Source of the DNA: Sedimentisphaeraceae bacterium JB056
GTDB lineage: Bacteria; Planctomycetota; Phycisphaerae; Sedimentisphaerales; Sedimentisphaeraceae
Length of the DNA stretch: 64,000 nt
Direction: 5' to 3'
Assembly (NCBI GenBank): GCA_044440125.1
Contig: JBITAJ010000017.1
Coordinates: forward strand, 102,173-166,172
Shown in pieces: positions 40,157 to 48,469 of the stretch. Position 1 is the first letter of the stretch. Each line of letters starts with the position of its first letter. Under the pieces are notes generated by a model, which did not search any database, was not told the origin of the DNA, and saw only the letters and a program-made list of their open reading frames with translations. The position numbers were made by a program, and so were the translations under genes.

Positions 40157-41332
40157 TTAGTATCCGGCATTCTCCATTGCCGTTTTGATATAGGCTTCAA
40201 TATTTTCTATTGGAGTTTCGTATTCAAGGAAATCAGCCGACTGAAGTATGAAATGCCCGCCGGGTTTACCGGTTTTAATTGTTTCTTCAGTAACTCTCTT
40301 TACTTGATCTACCGTGCCTTTTTGAAGTATGTTAACCTGATCTATACCGCCTGTTATTACGTAGGCATCCTTGATGATGTCTTTAGCTTTCTTCAAATCT
40401 GCATCACCCAGCGGATACGGAGAGAAAGGCTCGACCCATCTTACGCCTACACCTTTGTATGATTCTATCAAAGACATGATTTCACCGCAGTTATGGTAAC
40501 ATCCTGGCGTGCCGTTTTCCTGTACTATATCCATATATCTTTTTTCGTATGGTAAGATATACTCATCGTAGAACTTGCGGCCAAGAAATCCTCCGGCAAC
40601 ATTTGCGCCGATGCAGTGCGTGTCAACTCCTGCGGCATCAATAGCTCTAAGGTATGGAACATTGCGTCTTATTACAAATTCCATCAATTGCTTGTAATAA
40701 TCAGGATCGGTCAGGAAAATACTGTAAACCTCATTATGATCTATCAGTAGTGATATAGCGTTATATGGCCCCCATGGAGACCATGGGCCGATTATACCAT
40801 CTTCGCCAAGGGCTTTTCGAATTGTACTGACTCTCTTGGCTACTCGCTGCGGGAAATCTGCCGGCATTTCAGGTTCATATTTTGCGGCAATTTCGAAGTC
40901 TTTCCGGGTTTTGAATGGCTTTTCTATGCAGGCATACATAACCGTGCCTTTTCGTTCTTCGTAGAATGCCTGCTGTTGTGTAAGTGTGCCGTCAGGTGTT
41001 TTTATTGTGCTTTTTTTAATTACAGTTGATTCGTTATGCTGAATGAATTCATTTTTGACTTCCCAGTTTTCGTTTTGGTGGTCCACATCAACTCCGCCCA
41101 CAAAAAGATGATGGGAGTCATCGGTGCACCATAAAAGTCTGACGAATACATCAACACCCAACTGTTTCTGAAGCTCTATTACCTTGAGTTGCAGTGTTTC
41201 CAGATCCCAGGGATCAATGCCCGGACACATCTGGTCGAGAAAATGTCCGCTGTCTTGTATAAACAATGTTACAGGCACCCTGTCCGGGATACCGCCATTT
41301 AGTACGGTAGTAAAGCGTTCCTTTGAGGTCAT
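40157..41332 (-). CDS. UroD/MtaA-fold protein
   Basis: MTSKER...PDRVPV, TPDGTL, YHNCG, GDADL, GGIDQ, TPIENI. Confidence 0.87.
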   Translation of the reverse strand: MTSKERFTTVLNGGIPDRVPVTLFIQDSGHFLDQMCPGIDPWDLETLQLKVIELQKQLGVDVFVRLLWCTDDSHHLFVGGVDVDHQNENWEVKNEFIQHNESTVIKKSTIKTPDGTLTQQQAFYEERKGTVMYACIEKPFKTRKDFEIAAKYEPEMPADFPQRVAKRVSTIRKALGEDGIIGPWSPWGPYNAISLLIDHNEVYSIFLTDPDYYKQLMEFVIRRNVPYLRAIDAAGVDTHCIGANVAGGFLGRKFYDEYILPYEKRYMDIVQENGTPGCYHNCGEIMSLIESYKGVGVRWVEPFSPYPLGDADLKKAKDIIKDAYVITGGIDQVNILQKGTVDQVKRVTEETIKTGKPGGHFILQSADFLEYETPIENIEAYIKTAMENAGY

Positions 41333-41353
41333 TTTTTCCCCTTAAATCATCTA

Positions 41354-42349
41354 TCAGGCAAGAACTGCTGCTTTCTCTTGTGAAATGGTCCACTGCAGAG
41401 GCCTGTTTTCAACAAATCTAACCAACTCATCAACCATATATCTGCCAAGCCGTCTGCATTCGTATGCTGTTGAGCCTGCAATATGAGGAGTGATGACAAC
41501 ATTATCCATATCATAAAGTGGAGAACTTGGCTCCGGTGGTTCAGGGCAAAGTACATCAAGCACTGCTGTGATGTCTTGCCTCTCTTTCAGGGCTTCTATC
41601 ATTTCGTCTTCACGTATCAGGGCGCCTCGGGCTGTGTTTATCAAGGAACTGTTCTTCTTCATGCTCCTTATATATTCACCTGTTATGAAATTTTCTGTCT
41701 CAGGCAGCAAAGGTGTATGTATGCTGACCACATCACAGTTTTCGAATATATACTCCAATGAGCATAGCTGTGCGTTCAATTCTATTGAGAGCTCTTCTGT
41801 GGCGTAGGGGTCGTATACCAGCACATCAACAGACATGTTTCTGAGCATTTTGCAGACAAGCTGACCTATCATGCCAACAGAGACTATTCCTACTTTCGTG
41901 CCGTAAGTACCTGGTAAATCAGCCTTTAATGGTATGTAGCTTCTTTGTTTTCTTATCTTTCTCGTGTAATGCCAAAGCCTTTTGAGGCAGAATATTATCT
42001 GCGCAAATGTGTATTCTGCTACGGGCACTGCGTTTGCCGCATATGATGATGTGAGGACTATATCGCGTTCCCATAGATCGTCTGTAACGAAACCCTTGAC
42101 AGAACCGGCACCATAAAAGATAGCTTTTAAATTTGGTGCAGAATCAAGGAATTCAGGCGTTAGTACAGGCATATGCCACCCTGAAAAGATGACATCAACA
42201 TCTTTTAACAGTTCAAGGTTTTCAAGTATACTGTGTCTTGTTTGTTGCGGGGCGCAGATATCTACATATTTCCTGATATCCTGCTGTTCCTCAGGACCGT
42301 AAATATAGTCAAAAGCTGAATTGTCAAGTATATATATACCCTTAAGCAT
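41354..42349 (-). CDS. D-2-hydroxyacid dehydrogenase family protein
   Basis: VAEY, VGMIG, HTPLLPET, INTARG, LDV..PEP, TPHIAGS. Confidence 0.93.
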   Translation of the reverse strand: MLKGIYILDNSAFDYIYGPEEQQDIRKYVDICAPQQTRHSILENLELLKDVDVIFSGWHMPVLTPEFLDSAPNLKAIFYGAGSVKGFVTDDLWERDIVLTSSYAANAVPVAEYTFAQIIFCLKRLWHYTRKIRKQRSYIPLKADLPGTYGTKVGIVSVGMIGQLVCKMLRNMSVDVLVYDPYATEELSIELNAQLCSLEYIFENCDVVSIHTPLLPETENFITGEYIRSMKKNSSLINTARGALIREDEMIEALKERQDITAVLDVLCPEPPEPSSPLYDMDNVVITPHIAGSTAYECRRLGRYMVDELVRFVENRPLQWTISQEKAAVLA

Positions 42350-42600
42350 TATTTAGAATATCCATTATAAAAGTTTTGAACTGAAATTTACTTCAAAAGA
42401 GAAGCTTGTTCATTATTCCACATTTTATCTTATTTAACTAACTATAAATATATTGAATTTGACCTAAAAATGGAATGTATTAACTTAACATAATAATGTC
42501 AATTATTAAACAATGCCCAGCCTTCTAAAAAACTATGCTTAACATTTTAGTGTTATATGATATAATTTATTAAACATTTTGTGTATTATTTATTTTGTAG

Positions 42601-43533
42601 ATGGATAGATATATGAGACAGTCCGAAAAAACAGATACAGAACTCTTTATGGCCTTAAGTAACAGTTATAATAGTGAAGAGGAAAGAAGAGAAATTCTCA
42701 AACACACGTTGGATAATAAAGCAGGATTCTGTTATAACGTTGATCTTCAAGGCAGCTTAGGGACTGTTTGTGCCGGTATAACAACCGGTGGCGAAGGTTA
42801 CAAATTCAATCTTATAGGATATCCTTTTCACAGGATGACTTTTACTATAAGCGGTCAGGCAAAGATATATGATGAAAAAGATGAATATATTGCTGATCCC
42901 GGCTCTCTTTATTATTTTCCCCCAAAAAAAGCATTTACGGTAGGTAATAATCTTGATAAACCCTGGAAGCATGCATATGTACATTTTATAGGTACGGATA
43001 TTAAAAAACTTTTCAGTAAAGTTGTTAAGAATTCCAGAAATATTTGGAATGTACCAAATCCGGCAGAAATTCAGAGTTTGTTTGAGAATATTGCTTATAA
43101 TTGTCTCGAACAGTCGGAGCATTCGCAAATTATATGCGATAGCTATCTCAGGATACTTTTGATAAAGCTGGATTCAATGGTGTCAGACAGCCACGAGCAC
43201 TTAACAGCTTCGAGATTAAAGTATCTTGAGTGCTATAACTTTATAAACAGTAATTTCAGCAGCATTATTTCCATTGAAGATGTTTCTGATAAATGCTGTA
43301 TAAGCAGTATATATCTTTGCAGGTTATTTAAAAAATACTCTAATACAAGCCCAATGGCTTATGTTACGAGGCTGAAAATGAATAAAGCAGTGCTTTTTCT
43401 GATGCAGACAGATTATTCGATAAAGCAGATAAGTATTATGCTCAATTATGATAACCAGTATTATTTTTCAAGGGCATTTAAGAAAATATATGGTATATCA
43501 CCGCTGAAATATCGTGAGAAAAACAGCTTTTGA
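42601..43533 (+). CDS. AraC family transcriptional regulator (close paralog of 39110..40024)
   Basis: Same architecture; YLCRLFKK...NQYYFSRAFKKIYGISP. Confidence 0.93.
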   Translation: MDRYMRQSEKTDTELFMALSNSYNSEEERREILKHTLDNKAGFCYNVDLQGSLGTVCAGITTGGEGYKFNLIGYPFHRMTFTISGQAKIYDEKDEYIADPGSLYYFPPKKAFTVGNNLDKPWKHAYVHFIGTDIKKLFSKVVKNSRNIWNVPNPAEIQSLFENIAYNCLEQSEHSQIICDSYLRILLIKLDSMVSDSHEHLTASRLKYLECYNFINSNFSSIISIEDVSDKCCISSIYLCRLFKKYSNTSPMAYVTRLKMNKAVLFLMQTDYSIKQISIMLNYDNQYYFSRAFKKIYGISPLKYREKNSF

Positions 43534-43750
43534 TTGTTTTATTGCTGGATAAGCTTTATTGATAATGTTAATAGATATTACTGATGCTGAGGTTGGGAAT
43601 TTATATTATAAAGTTTAATTAATTGATTTAACCAAATTTCATTACAATTAAACTTGTGTAATCAGATAAGTTGAATCGTATGTGGTTATTACCTAAAAGT
43701 AGGGTAATGCGATTTCAATTAAGCAATAGTCGATTACTCAAGGGGCAGTT

Positions 43751-44530
43751 ATGATAAGTCCGGGTCTTGTATCAATTACATTTAGAAAGTCTTCACCGCA
43801 AGAGATTATTGATCTTGTTGTCTCTTCAGGTTTGTCTGGTATTGAATGGGGAGGGGATATTCATGTTCCTCATGGTGATACGTATACATCTCAAAAAGTT
43901 CGCGACATGACAATTGAATCAGGTTTGGATATTGCGGCATACGGTTCATATTATAAGGTGGGTGTTAGCGAGGATGAAGGTCTGTGTTTTCGTGAAGTTC
44001 TTGCAAGTGCCGAAGCATTGGGTGCTCCTGTAATAAGAGTCTGGGCTGGAGACCAGGGTTCGAAAGATGTTTCTGGTGGTTACAGAGATAAAATAGTTTG
44101 CCATAGCCGTGAGATAGCAAAGATTGCGGAGGATAATGGAATAGATATTGTATTTGAGTTTCATGGGAACACTTTAACAGATACATATAGTTCAACGATA
44201 GATCTTCTCGAACGCATAGATTGTCCCAATTTCCTAAGTTATTGGCAGCCGATTGTCAGTTACAGTGTTGAAAAAAATTGTAAGGGACTTGAAAAACTCT
44301 TACCGTGGGTGCGGGGAGTCCATTGTTTTAATTGGCTTGCTGATTACACCAGACTGCCTTTGGAAGCAGGGTGTGAGCATTGGTCTTTGTATATAGAGAA
44401 GCTTTTATCAGTTGAAAGGGATATCTATTCCCTTATTGAGTTTGTTCCTGATGATTCTCCTCAAAAATTTATAGATGATTCCAAAACCATTAAGAAATGG
44501 TTTCCGGTAAAAGCTGGAACTGGGTGTTGA
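43751..44530 (+). CDS. Sugar phosphate isomerase/epimerase (xylose isomerase-like TIM barrel)
   Basis: GLVSITFR, IEWGGDIHVP, IRVWAG, FEFH..TLTD, YWQP, IEF. Confidence 0.85.
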   Translation: MISPGLVSITFRKSSPQEIIDLVVSSGLSGIEWGGDIHVPHGDTYTSQKVRDMTIESGLDIAAYGSYYKVGVSEDEGLCFREVLASAEALGAPVIRVWAGDQGSKDVSGGYRDKIVCHSREIAKIAEDNGIDIVFEFHGNTLTDTYSSTIDLLERIDCPNFLSYWQPIVSYSVEKNCKGLEKLLPWVRGVHCFNWLADYTRLPLEAGCEHWSLYIEKLLSVERDIYSLIEFVPDDSPQKFIDDSKTIKKWFPVKAGTGC

Positions 44531-44574
44531 ATTTAGTATTATTAATTATTTATGTATGATACAGGAAATTTGTT

Positions 44575-45894
44575 ATGGATTTAGCGTTACTTGGCGGTTC
44601 TAAAAGCGTGGTTGCCGATCAGGGCGATATGTTCAAATGGCCGATCATTACCGGCGATCATGAAGCGGCGGCGATTGATGTGCTGCGCAAGGGCTTGATG
44701 TCGGGTATTGAGATAACCCAGAAATTCGAGGCAAAATATGCAAAGTGGTACGGCGCCGATTATGCTCTTGCCTGCCCCAACGGTACTTCTACGATTCTGG
44801 AGGCGATGTATGCGGTAGGTGTAAAAAAGGGCGATGAAGTAATATGTCCCAGTATAACCTTCTGGGCATCAGTGGTTCAACTGTATACACTCAGGGCAAC
44901 GCCGGTCTTTGCCGACATCGACCCTGAAACGATGAATATAGACCCCGCCGATATCGAGCGGAAAATAACCCCTCGAACCAAGGCCATAATGGTGGTTCAT
45001 TACGGCGGCTATCCGGCGGATATGGATTCGATAATGGATATCGCACGCCGTCATAAGCTAAAGGTCATCGAGGATTGCGCTCATGCCCACGGAACGCTTT
45101 ACAAAGGTAAACTTGCCGGTACATTCGGCGATGTGGGTATGTTTTCGCTTATGACCGGCAAGGCATTTGCCATCGGAGAGGGCGGGATACTGATTACAAA
45201 TGACAGGGAGGCTTACGAGAGGGCACTTCTTTGGGGGCATTATATAAGACACGGCAACCTTACCATCGAGGGCATCAAGGAATTCGGCGGCCTTCCATGC
45301 GGCGGGGCCAAGAACAGGCTCAACCAGATGGTGTCCGCTATAGGTATAGTTCAGATAGATAAGTATCCTGCCCAGATGGTTGAGATAGACAAGGCGATGA
45401 ATTATTTCTGTCAAGGTCTCGATGGGCTACCGGGGATAGATGTGATGAAGCTGCCGGAAGGTTCTACTAAAGGCGGCTGGTATTACCCTCACTTCCGTTA
45501 TAAAACCGAGGAGCTTGGCGGGCTCTCGCTCAAACGCTTCTGCGGGGCGATTGAGGCCGAGGGGAGCATAGCGGCTCCGGGCTGCAACAAGCCGCTTCAT
45601 ACTCATCCTCTTTTTATATCGATGGATGTTTTCGGTGAGGGCAAACCTTCAAGGATAGCCAATCTTGATGATGCTGAAGGCTTTGAATGCAAACAGTCGC
45701 TTCCGGTATCGGAGAGGATTAACAATGAAGTGTTCGGCATACCGTGGTTCAAGCATTTCAGGAAGGATATTATAGATGAGCATATTGCCGCCTATAAGAA
45801 AGTGATTGATTCTTACCGTGAACTGCTCGATGGTGATGATCATAATGACATTGATTTTGGCGGTTTCAGCAGCTTCTTCAAAAAAAGTAAATAA
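44575..45894 (+). CDS. DegT/DnrJ/EryC1/StrS family PLP aminotransferase
   Basis: LALLGG, VHYGG, IEDCAHAHG, FSLMTGK (PLP Lys), GEGG. Confidence 0.93.
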   Translation: MDLALLGGSKSVVADQGDMFKWPIITGDHEAAAIDVLRKGLMSGIEITQKFEAKYAKWYGADYALACPNGTSTILEAMYAVGVKKGDEVICPSITFWASVVQLYTLRATPVFADIDPETMNIDPADIERKITPRTKAIMVVHYGGYPADMDSIMDIARRHKLKVIEDCAHAHGTLYKGKLAGTFGDVGMFSLMTGKAFAIGEGGILITNDREAYERALLWGHYIRHGNLTIEGIKEFGGLPCGGAKNRLNQMVSAIGIVQIDKYPAQMVEIDKAMNYFCQGLDGLPGIDVMKLPEGSTKGGWYYPHFRYKTEELGGLSLKRFCGAIEAEGSIAAPGCNKPLHTHPLFISMDVFGEGKPSRIANLDDAEGFECKQSLPVSERINNEVFGIPWFKHFRKDIIDEHIAAYKKVIDSYRELLDGDDHNDIDFGGFSSFFKKSK

Positions 45895-45923
45895 GCATAT
45901 ATTAATTGACGAAAAAAGTGAAT

Positions 45924-46850
45924 ATGATTATCGATGTGCACGCTCATGCTTACGCTTTCAAAAGACGGGTAACCTGCCATATCAGCGGAACGAGCTTTCT
46001 TACGGCCGCCGGGCTGATCGAATATATGGACTCCAAGGGTATCGATATGGCGGTGATCCAACCGCTCAACAGCTCCGAAACGCCCTCGGAGCCGCAGAGT
46101 ATTGGTGAGGTGCTGGAGATATGCGATATGTTCCCCGGCAGGTTCATACCGTTCTGTTCGCCTGAGCCACGCCAGCCCATACCCGACCACCAGATAACCG
46201 TCTCGCTTTTCGTGAAAATGCTCGAAGAATACAAGCAGCTGGGCTGCAATGGGGTGGGGGAGTTTATCCCGCGGCTGCCGTGGAATGATTTCAGGGTAGA
46301 GCGTCTGCTTGAAGCCTGCGGCAAAACACAGATGCCTGTCGTTTTCCATACCACGACCCACGATACCGGCTGCTACGGATTGCTCGATTATATCGGCCTG
46401 CCGCTGCTGGAAAATGCGCTGGCCAAATTCCCCGATACGATACTCGTGGGCCACAGCCCGGCCTTCTGGTCGGAGATCAGTGGCGATGTGGACCCCAACA
46501 CAAAAAACGGCTATCCGCAAGGGCCGGTCGCTGACGGCGGGGCGGTGGTTCGTCTTATGAGAAACTATTCCAATCTTTATTGCGACCTATCGGCGGGCAG
46601 CGGCTGCAACGCCATAACCCGCGACAAGGAATTTACATGGGGCTTTCTCAAAGAATTTCAGGATAGGCTCATGTTTGGCCAGGATATATGCAGCCCGGCA
46701 CAAATGCCAGGGATGCTTCAAAAAGAATTCCTTACCGAGGCACTTGAGCAGGGCAATATAACCAAAGATATCTACGACAAGATTATGTGGCGCAATGCCG
46801 ACAGGATACTCGGGCTGAATTTAGAAAAGCAAGGCAAGCTGGATGTATAA
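45924..46850 (+). CDS. Amidohydrolase_2 family protein
   Basis: IDVHAH, GVGE, VVFH, VGHS, DLSAGSG, FGQD, NA.RILGL. Confidence 0.88.
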   Translation: MIIDVHAHAYAFKRRVTCHISGTSFLTAAGLIEYMDSKGIDMAVIQPLNSSETPSEPQSIGEVLEICDMFPGRFIPFCSPEPRQPIPDHQITVSLFVKMLEEYKQLGCNGVGEFIPRLPWNDFRVERLLEACGKTQMPVVFHTTTHDTGCYGLLDYIGLPLLENALAKFPDTILVGHSPAFWSEISGDVDPNTKNGYPQGPVADGGAVVRLMRNYSNLYCDLSAGSGCNAITRDKEFTWGFLKEFQDRLMFGQDICSPAQMPGMLQKEFLTEALEQGNITKDIYDKIMWRNADRILGLNLEKQGKLDV

Positions 46851-48447
46851 AAGAAAAGATCATGTCGATGGTAACTGCACTACTGTTCAGTGGCAGAAGT
46901 CCAGAAGCAAAATCGCGGTGATCCCGGTCGGGTCCTTTGAACAGCACAGCAGTTATTTGCCTCTGAGGACAGATGCTATAGAGGCGGAATTCTTCGCGGC
47001 TGTTGTGGCACGTCATTTTGACTGTGCATTTCTGCCGGTGATATCGATAGCCCAGAGCCTTGAGCATCAGGGCTTCAGGGGCAGTGTTTCATTTCGGCCC
47101 ACAACCATGATAAGCATGATAAATGATCTTGTCGATGAGCTGGAGCGGCAGAATTTTACCCGGGTGATATTGGTAAATGCTCACGGGGGTAATTACATAC
47201 TCGGCCCGGTCGTAAGGGATATCAACAGGAGCGAGAGGGCGGTGAAAGTGATGCTGGTGAACTTCTGGGAGCACGATAGTTCCGATGAGGGAAGAAAACT
47301 GTGGGCAGGAGAGGTGCATGCCGGTGCGTGGGAAACTTCTGTTATGCTCGCGATAGCTCCGGAGCTTGTTGGCGATTATCGAGGAGCAAATAATACGGTT
47401 GGGTTGGAGAGGGCTATTCAAAGCGATCTCAATCATTTCGGTGTCGGGGCCTTGCGGCCCTCAGGGCAATGGGGCGATCAGCAGAAGGCAAGCGAGCAGG
47501 CAGGCAAAGCAATAATCGAATCTATATCCGGCAATATCGTTTCGCATATAGAGACGCGTCTGGAATGGTTTGAAAAGATCGTATGTTTCAGCGGACGCGG
47601 GGGAATCCTGGTCGATAATCTGCTGGAAAACGAATTGGACAAAGGGCTTGAGTTGAGCCTGGGTGCCGGGTGGAACCAGCTTATGGCGGACTGGAAATTG
47701 ATATATCGGCTCAATCCGGATGGGACCTTCGCGGCTCTGCACAACGGGCGAATAGTCGGTACTGCCGCGGGAGTCAATTATGACGGGAAAATCGGCTTGA
47801 TTGGGATGGTTCTCGTCAACCCGAATATGCGGCGAAGAGGCATCGCGACAGATCTGATGAATTCATGCGAAAAGGCACTAAGCGGCTGCCGGTCGGTGAA
47901 GCTTGATGCTACGCTGGAGGGGAAGAAGGTTTATCAGCGGATAGGCTACAAAACCGAATGCAGCCTCACCCGCTATGTCGGCAGCGGTCTTATAAGCGGT
48001 GAGCAAGGATGCGATCAAAAATTAGTAAGGCCGATGACATCGGCAGATGTTTCACGAATAGCTGAGATAGATGCACGTGAGTTTGGAGCAGATCGAAAGA
48101 CGATGATCGAGGGTTTACTGGAAATGGCGTCTGAATATTCATTCGTTTTTGAAAAAGACGGCGGGATAAAAGGCTTTGTTCAAGGACGCAGAGGCGCAAA
48201 ATATGAATTTATCGGGCCGCTGTGGGCCGTGGATGAGGCAGCAGCCTCTGGTCTTTTACGCTGCGTTTTAATGCAGGCGGCGCAGAAGCCGGTCGCTATT
48301 GACACGTTTGATGAAAACAAAAGCTGGAACAAGCGGCTTGCCGATATGGGCTTCAAGCCTTCGAGGTGTTTCGCGAGAATGTTCAAGGGCGAAAATATAG
48401 CCGCGAGCAAAAAGTATTTTGCTTCCGCAGGTCCGGAATTGGGGTAA
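46843..48447 (+). CDS. Creatininase-family amidohydrolase fused to a GNAT acetyltransferase
   Basis: GSFEQH..LP..TD, EH, NAHGGN, HAG..ETS in the first ~245 aa; then GWNQ, IGMVLV.P.MRRRGIA, LDAT.EG...Y...GY and a second GNAT-like lobe. Confidence 0.87.
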   Translation: MYKRKDHVDGNCTTVQWQKSRSKIAVIPVGSFEQHSSYLPLRTDAIEAEFFAAVVARHFDCAFLPVISIAQSLEHQGFRGSVSFRPTTMISMINDLVDELERQNFTRVILVNAHGGNYILGPVVRDINRSERAVKVMLVNFWEHDSSDEGRKLWAGEVHAGAWETSVMLAIAPELVGDYRGANNTVGLERAIQSDLNHFGVGALRPSGQWGDQQKASEQAGKAIIESISGNIVSHIETRLEWFEKIVCFSGRGGILVDNLLENELDKGLELSLGAGWNQLMADWKLIYRLNPDGTFAALHNGRIVGTAAGVNYDGKIGLIGMVLVNPNMRRRGIATDLMNSCEKALSGCRSVKLDATLEGKKVYQRIGYKTECSLTRYVGSGLISGEQGCDQKLVRPMTSADVSRIAEIDAREFGADRKTMIEGLLEMASEYSFVFEKDGGIKGFVQGRRGAKYEFIGPLWAVDEAAASGLLRCVLMQAAQKPVAIDTFDENKSWNKRLADMGFKPSRCFARMFKGENIAASKKYFASAGPELG

Positions 48448-48469
48448 CTTATAATTACGAGACCTCCAT

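Noticed and set aside
30755..41332. Calling the UroD-fold genes hemE
   Set aside because: They lack the HemE RQAGR motif, carry H-x-C/H motifs, and have no tetrapyrrole gene context
45840..46520. 226-aa antisense ORF and other long antisense ORFs (3699..4442, 14769..15338, 22420..23001, 29407..29955)
   Set aside because: Fully antisense to well-supported genes, with no motifs; expected from codon bias
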